Of a stretch of DNA of 28,693 nucleotides, positions 17,160-25,417 are shown piece after piece (within the stretch, counting starts at the first letter, position 1; every line of letters begins with the position of its first letter). The position numbers and the translations under genes are program-made. The notes beneath the pieces are model-generated. The model saw only the letters and a program-made list of their open reading frames with translations. It was not told the DNA's origin and did no database searches. The stretch lies in the IMG/VR virus record IMGVR_UViG_3300020477_000100, positions 1 through 28,693 of that record, one strand, 5' to 3'. The stretch is from a virus (taxonomy: Duplodnaviria > Caudoviricetes).

Positions 17160-17530
17160 TGGCCATCGAGAAGCACACGATTAAAGTCAGCACCACTGGG
17201 TCATCTGGTTCTGCCACCGGCTCATTGGTCACGGCTTTGCCCTATTGTGAGTTGCTTGCGGTGCGGATGGACTTCCATGCCTCCGCGCCGGGAACCACTG
17301 ACACTACTCTTTCATCTCCTGGCGGGCCGGTGTCGGTGACGTTGTTGACCGTTACCAACTCTGCCACCGACGCCTGGTTCTACCCGACGCACCAACTGGA
17401 TGACAGCAGTGGGTCAGCTATCACAGGGGCTTACATCCCGGCGATTGTTCATGGGAATTTGCTTACAGAGTTAGCCGGGTGCGACGCCTTGACGGACGCC
17501 CTGGTGATGACTATCTGGGTGAGGGTCTGA
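17159..17530 (+). CDS. Small beta-rich virion protein (paralog 2)
   Basis: TD...TLLTVTN...DAWF...HQLDDSSGSAIT; TGATG coupling on both sides. Confidence 0.7.
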   Translation: MAIEKHTIKVSTTGSSGSATGSLVTALPYCELLAVRMDFHASAPGTTDTTLSSPGGPVSVTLLTVTNSATDAWFYPTHQLDDSSGSAITGAYIPAIVHGNLLTELAGCDALTDALVMTIWVRV

Positions 17531-17943
17531 TGGCCTTTAGCTACACAGCAGGAAGCACGGCGGACAGGGACAGAGTCCGCCTGGAAATCGGAGACACCGA
17601 CGAAAGCCGCGTCCTGTTCCAAGACGCTGAACTGGATGATTTCATCAGCCAGGAAGGCAACAGCATCCTGGGGGCGGCGGCGAGAGCTTGCGAAACCCTG
17701 GCGGTTAAATTCGCCAGGGATTTTACGTTTTCGGCTGACGGAGCGACGTTCCAAAAAGGGAACGTCACGCAGATGTTCATGGCCCAGGCGAAGCGGCTCC
17801 GGCGGCAGGCCAGGGCAACAACCACGGTGATGCCACGGCGCGTTGACGGATACAGCGTATACACGGACTCCGACGAGGTGACCGGCCTGAACATACTGGA
17901 CTCCGGCACCGGGCAATACGGACGCTATTCGGACGAGGGTTAA
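17530..17943 (+). CDS. Head-tail adaptor/connector protein
   Basis: MAFSY...DRVRLEIGDTD....FQDAEL..AAARACE pattern; ATG 17530 overlaps the previous stop. Confidence 0.75.
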   Translation: MAFSYTAGSTADRDRVRLEIGDTDESRVLFQDAELDDFISQEGNSILGAAARACETLAVKFARDFTFSADGATFQKGNVTQMFMAQAKRLRRQARATTTVMPRRVDGYSVYTDSDEVTGLNILDSGTGQYGRYSDEG

Positions 17944-18297
17944 TTGCTTCAAGAGAATGATTTGGAGTACATGCGCCAGGTGACCCCGCAGGCCATGCCG
18001 GACGTGGTGGACATCCAGCGCAGGTCGTTGGTTTCTGACAAGCAGGGCGGCTACACAGAGGAGTGGGCCAACGCCTACCAGAATGTGACCGCCCGCCTTG
18101 CCTCTAAGGGTTCGTCTGAATCGGTGGAGGAGAACCGCCGGGATGTAAGAGCGGAATTCACCTTGGTGCTTCCATATAGCCAGTCCATCCTTCAGGCTGA
18201 CCGGATTGTCCACACAAGTGGGACTTACGAGGTGCAGTCTGTGGATGCAGGAAAATCCTGGGCAACATCAAAGTCATGCCAGATGCGCCGATTGTAG
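17944..18297 (+). CDS. Head closure/stopper protein (SPP1 gp16-like)
   Basis: VDIQRR...DKQGGY...W, DRI....TYEVQSV; TTG start after GAGG; synteny. Confidence 0.78.
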   Translation: MLQENDLEYMRQVTPQAMPDVVDIQRRSLVSDKQGGYTEEWANAYQNVTARLASKGSSESVEENRRDVRAEFTLVLPYSQSILQADRIVHTSGTYEVQSVDAGKSWATSKSCQMRRL

Positions 18298-18497
18298 GTC
18301 TACAACAAGCAAGATGCGTAAACACAACCTGCAAGTTGTTATTGGCGCGAGTCCGATTATCAGGGGATAGCGTTGCAGAAATAAAGTGCCGGAGATGCGG
18401 CAGGGTAAATGTCTTTCGGGTCGCACAGAGTGACGGCGATGTAGCCATTCACTTGATACCGGATGGACAGGGCGGATATATACCGCCTGACAGTTGA
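18276..18497 (+). CDS. com: Mu Com-like zinc-finger RNA-binding/translational regulator
   Basis: RCVNTTCKLLLAR...EIKCRRCGRVN fits the Com family pattern RC..C.KLL...EIKC.RC...N. Confidence 0.75.
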   Translation: MPDAPIVGLQQARCVNTTCKLLLARVRLSGDSVAEIKCRRCGRVNVFRVAQSDGDVAIHLIPDGQGGYIPPDS

Positions 18498-18513
18498 ACA
18501 GAAACCAGCCCCA

Positions 18514-18624
18514 GAGGCTCTGAGAAGCCCATTAAGCGGCAAGAACGCTGGCAATGGTCTTGGTGGCCATCTATGGTGGATGGCGTCCTTGTTTGCTGGC
18601 GTGGCGAACAAGGATTTTTTTATG
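18514..18624 (+). promoter_or_regulatory. Structured leader: Com-target-like motif plus terminator/RBS-sequestering hairpin
   Basis: GAGGCTCTGAGAAGCCC (18514-18530); hairpin 18566-18584; TCCTTGTT/AACAAGGA stem 18586-18614 followed by T7 and ATG 18622. Confidence 0.65.
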
Positions 18625-18987
18625 GCTGAATTTGACATGAATGTCGAGGTGAGGATTGACCTCGACCCACGGTGGACACAATTGCAAGACAAGTATGTGA
18701 AGGCCGTGGAGATTGCGGCCCGGCATATTGAAACCAAGGCCAAGAACAAAGTGCCGGTGGATACTGGGGCGACAAAGAACAGCATCATGGCCCGACCAGC
18801 GGAGGCGTTTGGTTCCGTTTTCGGGTCGGTGACGGCCTGGAGAATCGGCCCGACGACTGAATATGCACCCTTCTTGGAGTTTGGCACTGTCTACATGAAG
18901 GAGCGGCCTTTCTTGATTCCGGCTCTGGAATCAGAGCGGCCCAAACTGAACGAAGCCATCAAGCAGATAAACGACCAGTTGAGTTAG
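18622..18987 (+). CDS. HK97 gp10-like tail completion protein
   Basis: AKNKVPVDTGATKNSI, EYAPFLEFGT.YM..RPFLIPA. Confidence 0.88.
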   Translation: MAEFDMNVEVRIDLDPRWTQLQDKYVKAVEIAARHIETKAKNKVPVDTGATKNSIMARPAEAFGSVFGSVTAWRIGPTTEYAPFLEFGTVYMKERPFLIPALESERPKLNEAIKQINDQLS

Positions 18988-18992
18988 AACCT

Positions 18993-19406
18993 ATGGCCAA
19001 TCTAAGAGTCAACCTGGATACTGCAATCTTTAACGTCCTGAATGTTGCGGCGGTTACCAACGAGGCGACAGGCGGAGTCTTTAACGGAGTGGCCCCACAA
19101 GGCACTGAGCCGCCGTTTGTGGTGTTCTCTGCCATGTCCAAGACGGATGACTACTTCGCATATACCGAAAGAGGCGGAGAGGCCGTCTATATGGTCAAAG
19201 CCATTGACCGCTCGCCCTGGCCCAAGTCAGCCGGAGACATCGACACGCAGATTGATTCGGTGATGCAAGACGCTTCACTGAGCATTACCGGCCATTCGTT
19301 AATTTCGTGTCGCAGGGAGGAGGACATCTATCTGGCTGAAGACCTGGATGGAGTCATGTACCAGCATGTCGGAGGGCTGTACCGCATCATTGCAGACGAA
19401 AGCTGA
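18993..19406 (+). CDS. Tail terminator protein (DUF3168/SPP1 gp17-like)
   Basis: GVFNGVAPQGTEPPFVVF pattern; synteny after gp10. Confidence 0.72.
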   Translation: MANLRVNLDTAIFNVLNVAAVTNEATGGVFNGVAPQGTEPPFVVFSAMSKTDDYFAYTERGGEAVYMVKAIDRSPWPKSAGDIDTQIDSVMQDASLSITGHSLISCRREEDIYLAEDLDGVMYQHVGGLYRIIADES

Positions 19407-19590
19407 TTGTATCCATCACTGGCTGATAGAACCGTCCAATGGGCCTTTGAGTTTAGGTGTTTGCAAGAGATGTAGCGAAGAACGCTATTTCAAAAATTCA
19501 GTGTTCGCAGATATTCACCACATCACATTGGAGCGAGATAGAGATGCCGGGTACACGCAAGAAGAAACAAGACGCAGATGGAACTTCTAA
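19390..19590 (+). CDS. Small His/Cys zinc-binding hypothetical protein
   Basis: CIHHWLIE...SLGVCKRC; start uncertain (TTG 19390 or ATG 19348). Confidence 0.55.
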   Translation: MQTKADCIHHWLIEPSNGPLSLGVCKRCSEERYFKNSVFADIHHITLERDRDAGYTQEETRRRWNF

Positions 19591-19831
19591 CGAGGTTTGG
19601 TATCTTGCGCTTCATAAATTGCATATGGTGCAGGGGCCGGGAACAAAGCCATCAAGCATCCGCTTCTATCCAGGGCAACGGTTTACCCTGGACGGAGATG
19701 AGCCGGTGGATATTGACAGCCTGCTCAGAACAGGAGCGGTCAAATTGTACGAAGAATCAGATGAGGAGTGGGCGCAAGCGCAATTAGCTGGCCGACCACA
19801 GCCCAGAAGGAGAAGAAGGAATAATGGCTAG
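19544..19831 (+). CDS. Hypothetical protein preceding tail tube genes
   Basis: ATG 19544 after GGAG; stop overlaps the next gene; basic termini. Confidence 0.6.
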   Translation: MPGTRKKKQDADGTSNEVWYLALHKLHMVQGPGTKPSSIRFYPGQRFTLDGDEPVDIDSLLRTGAVKLYEESDEEWAQAQLAGRPQPRRRRRNNG

Positions 19832-20567
19832 AATCAGCGCGAAAGCGGCAGGGCTACTGGTGGATGAGTTCGATTTCAGTGGCGTGAGCAATTCCATGAC
19901 GCTGAACTTTGCAGAAGCTCCTGCGGATGTGACCGCATTTGCGGACACAGACATGACTTATGTTCAGGCAAAGCCAGGATTCACATTTGATGTGAATGGC
20001 CTCTGGTCAACCGCCAGCCCCAACTATGACGGGGAGATGTTCACCGACCTGACCGCCACCAACCGGCGCGTCGGTATTTACCCAGGTGGATTATCTGATG
20101 GCATATTCGGATACGAAGGGGCGACGAATATCAGTGCCTCTCCACGAGTCAGCACCATCGGTGACGCCATCGCTTGCAACGTGACCTGGCAGGGTGCATC
20201 TGCTCCATTCCGCTCCACCATGTTGAGATACGCCACTGACAGTTCTTCAGCCAACGGAACCCAGTACACCCTGGGAACTATCGCAAACACAAACACCATT
20301 ATCGGCGTCCTGCGGTTGCTGGAGATTGGCGGCTCTGGCAATAACACGCTGGATGTCAAAATCCAGTCGGACACCAGCGGGTTCAGCAGTCCAACAGACC
20401 AATTGACATTCACTCAACTGAACCAGGGAAGCGGGGCCACTTTTGAAACCAAGACGGCAACAGGCCCAGCAGGGTCAGACAATATATGGCGGGTCGTCGT
20501 CACGATAGCAGGAGCGGGGAGCCGCTCATTCAAAATCGCTGTCGGCTTCGGCTACTACGTTACATAG
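19824..20567 (+). CDS. Tail tube-like protein with C-terminal extra beta domain (paralog 1)
   Basis: NSMTLNF....ADVTAFAD shared with the next two genes; about 110-aa C-terminal extension. Confidence 0.72.
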   Translation: MARISAKAAGLLVDEFDFSGVSNSMTLNFAEAPADVTAFADTDMTYVQAKPGFTFDVNGLWSTASPNYDGEMFTDLTATNRRVGIYPGGLSDGIFGYEGATNISASPRVSTIGDAIACNVTWQGASAPFRSTMLRYATDSSSANGTQYTLGTIANTNTIIGVLRLLEIGGSGNNTLDVKIQSDTSGFSSPTDQLTFTQLNQGSGATFETKTATGPAGSDNIWRVVVTIAGAGSRSFKIAVGFGYYVT

Positions 20568-20576
20568 GAGGATTGC

Positions 20577-21008
20577 ATGGCGAGAACTCACGGCAAGGAC
20601 TCTAATTTCAGCTTCAATGGCGTGGCTATTGAGGATGAACTCAACAGCGTCACGATGAACGCCTCCGTGGCTGAATCTGATGTGACGGCATTTTCTGATG
20701 CGTATCAGAACTTCCTGGCAGGTAAGAAGAACGTCACATTTGACGTTGCAGGCAGTTTGGATATGGCGGCAAGCCAAGGTGACGCCACCATATTTGACCA
20801 CATCACCCTGGTCAGTGGGCCGAAGACCTTGGTGTTTGACCCCGACGGCGCAGGGCCGGATACCAATAGCCCTGAATACACTTGCACTTCCAGCGGCCTG
20901 ACTGGTGCGCTGGTCACTAGTTATTCAATCTCCCTGCCGGTTGGCGGGGCCGCAACATACAGCGCAACATTCCAATGCTCTGGCGCAACGACCAGGGCGG
21001 TTTCGTAA
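20577..21008 (+). CDS. Major tail tube protein (paralog 2)
   Basis: MARTHGKD...EDELNSVT...DVTAFSD.YQNFLAGK...VTSYSIS..VGG..TYSATF. Confidence 0.8.
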   Translation: MARTHGKDSNFSFNGVAIEDELNSVTMNASVAESDVTAFSDAYQNFLAGKKNVTFDVAGSLDMAASQGDATIFDHITLVSGPKTLVFDPDGAGPDTNSPEYTCTSSGLTGALVTSYSISLPVGGAATYSATFQCSGATTRAVS

Positions 21009-21020
21009 GGAGGAACCGAC

Positions 21021-21428
21021 ATGGCGAGAACTCACGGTAAGGACGCAGATTTTTCATTTGACGGTGTAGCTCTAGAAGATGAGTTAAATTCAGTAACGCT
21101 CAACTTCACTGTCCCTGAAGCAGATGTTACTGCTTTCAGTGATAGCTACCAGAATTTCCTGGCAGGGAAGCCCACCGCCACAATCGACATCTCTGGATTT
21201 GCTGACCTGGCATCCAGCCAGGGCGACGCCACTATATTTGGAGAGTTGGGTCTGGAAGGCGAAGAATGGGACTTTGAACCGGATGGCTCAACGGGTTACA
21301 ACGGCTTTGCCATCGTCACCAGTTATTCGATTTCCAGCACCGTTGGCGGGCCTATAACTTACTCCGCATCCTTCCGGCATAACGGTGGTTCAGCGGCCCT
21401 GGACGCCGCCGCTCCGACCCGCGGATAG
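21021..21428 (+). CDS. Major tail tube protein (paralog 3)
   Basis: Same motif series as paralog 2; own GGAGG RBS. Confidence 0.8.
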   Translation: MARTHGKDADFSFDGVALEDELNSVTLNFTVPEADVTAFSDSYQNFLAGKPTATIDISGFADLASSQGDATIFGELGLEGEEWDFEPDGSTGYNGFAIVTSYSISSTVGGPITYSASFRHNGGSAALDAAAPTRG

Positions 21429-21440
21429 GGTGAAAATCAA

Positions 21441-21570
21441 GGCCGTTTTTGGGGTCGTTTCCCATAATGAAACGTGATACTGATTATGCGATATGGGGTT
21501 GTGAAAATTTATGACACCATGACATATGATTATACGTTTCTGAGGCTACGACCCCAAGAATGGGGCTTAC
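21441..21570. repeat. Two convergent copies (D plus, E minus) of the dispersed promoter-like motif
   Basis: GGCCGTTTTTGGGGTCGT..GAAACGT (21441-21475) versus the reverse complement of 21525-21570, GTAAGCCCCATTCTTGGGGTCGT..GAAACGTATAAT. Confidence 0.55.
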
Positions 21571-21677
21571 AGCGCGAAATAGGGGGTATTGAAAAATGGC
21601 GATTTCGCGCCAAATTGATAATAAGCCTTGCTTAGTATCACAGTATGCGTAAACGGGTAAAAATCAGAGGAGGCTCT

Positions 21678-22148
21678 ATGAAGCCCAAAATCCCGGCCCA
21701 AAAAGTGATGTCAGACGACTGCTCAATCAGCGTTGGCCAAGTTGTTGAAGATGGAGAAATCGTCAATGCTGGCACCCCTCATTTCATCCATCAAGGGGAA
21801 TGGGTTGAGGTACTTCCGGTGATGACGGTAAAGGAAGTTATGCAGATTTCCCGGTTGCAAAATGCCGGAGCGGACGGCTCTCAACTGGGCGAAAATCTAA
21901 CAGACCTTTGCAGGGAATTGTCCCGCCGGGTCATATCATGGAACTGGACTGACTTGATGGGCGAACCGATGGAACAGCCTTACAACCGGCCCGACGTTTT
22001 GGAAGGTTTGTCGTCCGAAGAATTGATGTGGTTGATGTCTGCAACCGGCGGGGGGGATTCCGCTGATGCCAGAAAAAAAGACTCCGCGAAGTCGGAGAGC
22101 ATCTCCTTGGCGACGGAGTCCAGCCAGGCTATGTTGCCATCGGAATAA
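21678..22148 (+). CDS. Tail assembly chaperone (gpG-like)
   Basis: GGAGG RBS; VISWNWTD..GEP motif; lies between tail tube and tape measure genes. Confidence 0.82.
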   Translation: MKPKIPAQKVMSDDCSISVGQVVEDGEIVNAGTPHFIHQGEWVEVLPVMTVKEVMQISRLQNAGADGSQLGENLTDLCRELSRRVISWNWTDLMGEPMEQPYNRPDVLEGLSSEELMWLMSATGGGDSADARKKDSAKSESISLATESSQAMLPSE

Positions 22149-22336
22149 TCTGCGAGGCGTTTGGGTGCTTGCCAAGTCAGGTTGAAGACGAGGACTGGGC
22201 AACCATCCGCAATATCATGGAATTCCGGCTCCTTCGGAGTGCGCGTGACCAGCACAACCAGGATGCAAGCAAGTTAGACCCCGCTCAAGTTGAGATATGG
22301 AAAGAAATGGTTGAGGCAGTAGAAAGCAATGGCTGA
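22073..22336 (+). CDS. -1 frameshift extension of tail chaperone (gpGT-like)
   Basis: Slippery A AAA AAA at 22073-22079; the -1 frame is open to TGA 22334-22336 (…IICEAFGCLPSQVEDED…) and overlaps the TMP ATG. Confidence 0.8.
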   Translation, partial: KKRLREVGEHLLGDGVQPGYVAIGIICEAFGCLPSQVEDEDWATIRNIMEFRLLRSARDQHNQDASKLDPAQVEIWKEMVEAVESNG

Positions 22337-25019
22337 TGCCAGCACAGTATCGGTATTAATTAAAGCCAGAGACGAAGCGTCCAAGGCGTTCAAGAACGTT
22401 TCAGACAACGCAGGCCAAATGGCTCAAGGCATAGCCAAACATCGCCGTGCAATCGGCATGAGCATGACAGCTATGGGCGGAGCTATAACTGGGTTTGCTT
22501 TGTTGTCCGTAAAGGCCGCAAGCACCCTGGAAGAATCCATGAACGCCGTCAACGTCGTGTTTGCTGACGGAGCCAAAACCATTCATGCGTTTGGCGAAGA
22601 CTCCGCAAAATCTGTCGGGATGTCTACTGCCGCGTTTAACCAAATGGCAACGGTTACTGGTGCATTGCTAAAAGATGTTGGTTTGCCGATGTCTGAAGTG
22701 GCTGGCATGACCAATGACCTGGCTGTCAGGGCCGCTGATATGGCGTCCGTCTTTGATACCGATGTTAAAGATGCCATGTCAGCAATCAACCAGGCTTTGA
22801 GGGGAGAGACTGAGGCAATACGCAGGTATGCCGGAGACGTTACTGACGCGACCTTACAGACGCATCTTTTGTCACAAGGGATAAATACTCAGGTCAGCGA
22901 AATGACCCAGCAGGAAAAGCGTCTGGCGCGTGTCAACCTCATCATGTCTCAAACAAACACGATGGCCGGAGACTTTGCCAACACATCTGACAGCCTAGCC
23001 AACCGCATGAGGATAGCCAAGGCCGAATTTGCCAACACCAGTGCCGAACTTGGAACCGTCTTGCTTCCGATAATGACAGCGTTAATGGAAAAGATTCAAG
23101 CCGTTATCCAAGCTGTTGCTGACTGGACTAAAGAACATCCAACATTAACCAAATGGATAACCATTTTGGCCGCTGGTCTAGGTGCCGTCATGTTGGTGCT
23201 TGGCCCATTCTTGCTAATCCTTCCTGGGATAGTAACCGCTGTTGGGTTGCTGACTGCGGCGTTTGGTGCGCTCTCTATTGCAATGGGGCCAATCACTCTA
23301 ACCATCATTGGCATTGCGGCTGTTATCACGGCGGGGATTATCGTCTGGAAGAAATGGGAGGATATGTCCACGAAGGTCAAAATTGCAGTCGTTGCCCTGG
23401 GGGTTGCCCTTGGCCCCATTACTGGAATGATTGTCCTTGGCATAGCGGTTTGGAAGAATTGGGACAAGATAATTGATATTGTCAAAAAGTCTATAGCTTC
23501 ATTCACCAAGATGGTTATCGGGTTCATCATCAAACTTGGTGAAGGGTTTCTGGCTATAAGCAAATGGATTCCTAAGATGGGTGACACTCGTAAAGCTATC
23601 GAAGGCACGATGGGTAGCTTGCGCGATGCACAGCGCACGATAACGAATTGGGCAGATGCATCTGACCGTTCCCTTGTTATGACGTCCGAAGCCTGGAGTG
23701 GATTGGAGGAACAACAGCACCGTTCTTCTGACAAGATACAAACCGAAATCAATAATATGGGCAACACCACAGAAGGCTTTGCAATGACAACGGACGCGGC
23801 GTTGAAGCAAGCAACGTCGTCCTATGAAACAGAAACGGCCAAACAAACAGCAATTGTCAAAACTTTTGCAGAAACCAGGGAATCTATAGCCCAGTTAAAT
23901 CTTGAGGCAGAACGCGCCATCAGGGATACGAACAGAGAAGAATTCCTGAAGGGGTTAGAAGAAAGCAGAGCGGCCCGTGAGGCACGAGCCGAACATGAGG
24001 CCAAAATAACGCAACAAATCAGTGACACGTGGACAACGTTTAAGAACGACCAAGACGTGACCATGCAGGCTTTGAAAGAAGCCAACATCAGTTTCACGGA
24101 TTTGGTTGAGGAACTAGCTATACGCCACGACGTAACTGTTACCCAGATGGCTGACAGGTTAGCCGCTCAGGGAATCCGAATGGGCGATACTTGGGGGCTA
24201 GTTCAACAGCAAGGGGCGGCTAGTATGGAGGGACTGGTAAGAGAAATTGAGTCCGCCACCATGACGGTCGAAGAAAAGATGGCGGACATGGGCCGCGTAA
24301 TGTCTGGAACCAGTTTCACTGACCAATTCGGGCGGTCATTGGGGCTTGGGCAGGGCGGCATGGAAAAATTCCAGGCTATGTCTACCGAAGACCAAGTTGC
24401 AGGCATCCAGTCAGGTTTGTCCACGTTAAGCACAGCAAATCTATCTGCCTTGACTGGTGGGGGCGGTTCGCTGATGGCCGCGAACCCCCGGCTTGCCTCT
24501 GCCGCCATAGATGCCATTCAACAACAATGGGCCGATGACCCACAACGCCTTGCTGATGAATTAGCGTTACAGGAAGGCGGATTTGGTGAGCATGATACTG
24601 GGGTTCGCAGGATGGCGAGAGAATCAATCAACCGCCATTTGCGGCTGAGGGGTTTCGACGAATTGAGCCGTGATATGCGTTCCAGTTCTTGGCAACAAGC
24701 GGCGGCTTTGAGCATTGCCAGCCAGCTTGCCCCACAGATAGGTGGGAAGCAGGAAGAATTGATGCGCCTTTACGCAACTGGTGGAGTCACGGCTTTTGCT
24801 CAGGGTGGCATCGTCACCCGCCCGACATTGGGACTGGTTGGCGAAGCTGGCCCAGAGGCGGTTGTGCCATTGGGACGCGGTGGCGGCATGGGCCAGACCA
24901 ATAATTTCCACTTCCACGGCGCGGTCTACGGAGTTGAAGATTTGAAAGAGGCGGTGGTTGAGGCTGTCCGTGACCACGCCATCAGCGGTGGATTCTCAGG
25001 CGTATTTGCGGAGGCTTAA
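22329..25019 (+). CDS. Tape measure protein
   Basis: 896 aa, Ala-rich and helical; IKARDEASK start, hydrophobic middle with W-repeat units, FAQGGIVTRPTLGLVGEAGPEAVVPL near the C-terminus. Confidence 0.93.
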   Translation: MADASTVSVLIKARDEASKAFKNVSDNAGQMAQGIAKHRRAIGMSMTAMGGAITGFALLSVKAASTLEESMNAVNVVFADGAKTIHAFGEDSAKSVGMSTAAFNQMATVTGALLKDVGLPMSEVAGMTNDLAVRAADMASVFDTDVKDAMSAINQALRGETEAIRRYAGDVTDATLQTHLLSQGINTQVSEMTQQEKRLARVNLIMSQTNTMAGDFANTSDSLANRMRIAKAEFANTSAELGTVLLPIMTALMEKIQAVIQAVADWTKEHPTLTKWITILAAGLGAVMLVLGPFLLILPGIVTAVGLLTAAFGALSIAMGPITLTIIGIAAVITAGIIVWKKWEDMSTKVKIAVVALGVALGPITGMIVLGIAVWKNWDKIIDIVKKSIASFTKMVIGFIIKLGEGFLAISKWIPKMGDTRKAIEGTMGSLRDAQRTITNWADASDRSLVMTSEAWSGLEEQQHRSSDKIQTEINNMGNTTEGFAMTTDAALKQATSSYETETAKQTAIVKTFAETRESIAQLNLEAERAIRDTNREEFLKGLEESRAAREARAEHEAKITQQISDTWTTFKNDQDVTMQALKEANISFTDLVEELAIRHDVTVTQMADRLAAQGIRMGDTWGLVQQQGAASMEGLVREIESATMTVEEKMADMGRVMSGTSFTDQFGRSLGLGQGGMEKFQAMSTEDQVAGIQSGLSTLSTANLSALTGGGGSLMAANPRLASAAIDAIQQQWADDPQRLADELALQEGGFGEHDTGVRRMARESINRHLRLRGFDELSRDMRSSSWQQAAALSIASQLAPQIGGKQEELMRLYATGGVTAFAQGGIVTRPTLGLVGEAGPEAVVPLGRGGGMGQTNNFHFHGAVYGVEDLKEAVVEAVRDHAISGGFSGVFAEA

Positions 25020-25390
25020 TGTTTGAATATTTCTGTAAGGTGAACCGCGTGGTGGACGGAGACACCATCGACGTGACGGTGGACTTGGGTTTCGACATCC
25101 ACCATTCTGCACGAGTCAGAATGATGGGTATCGACACCCCAGAGTCGAGAACTAGAAATTTAGAGGAGAAGGCACTGGGGCTGGCCTCAAAGGCCAGGCT
25201 GAAAGAGCTTCTCAAAGGTAAGAAAGTAAAGATTGAAACTTCTAAAGAAGGCAAAGGAAAGTTTGGGCGCATCCTTGCGGATGTCATCACGATTGACAAA
25301 GAAGGCAATGAAATCAACTGCAATCAGCAACTCATTGAAGAAGGCCATGCTCGCCCCTATCACGGCGGCAAAAAAGTTGCGTGGGTCTAA
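25019..25390 (+). CDS. Thermonuclease (SNase-like)
   Basis: RVVDGDTI, RVRMMGIDTPE, GKFGRILA, NQQLIEEGHA. Confidence 0.9.
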   Translation: MFEYFCKVNRVVDGDTIDVTVDLGFDIHHSARVRMMGIDTPESRTRNLEEKALGLASKARLKELLKGKKVKIETSKEGKGKFGRILADVITIDKEGNEINCNQQLIEEGHARPYHGGKKVAWV

Positions 25391-25417
25391 GAAAATGACG
25401 GACAACCTGCCTGAATA

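Noticed and set aside
18463-18621. Upstream extension of the gp10 ORF (174-aa call)
   Set aside because: It overlaps com and spans the structured leader; homology-like motifs begin after ATG 18622.
22050-22056. G7 run as alternative frameshift site
   Set aside because: A -1 shift there meets TGA within a few codons; the A7 run gives the long extension.
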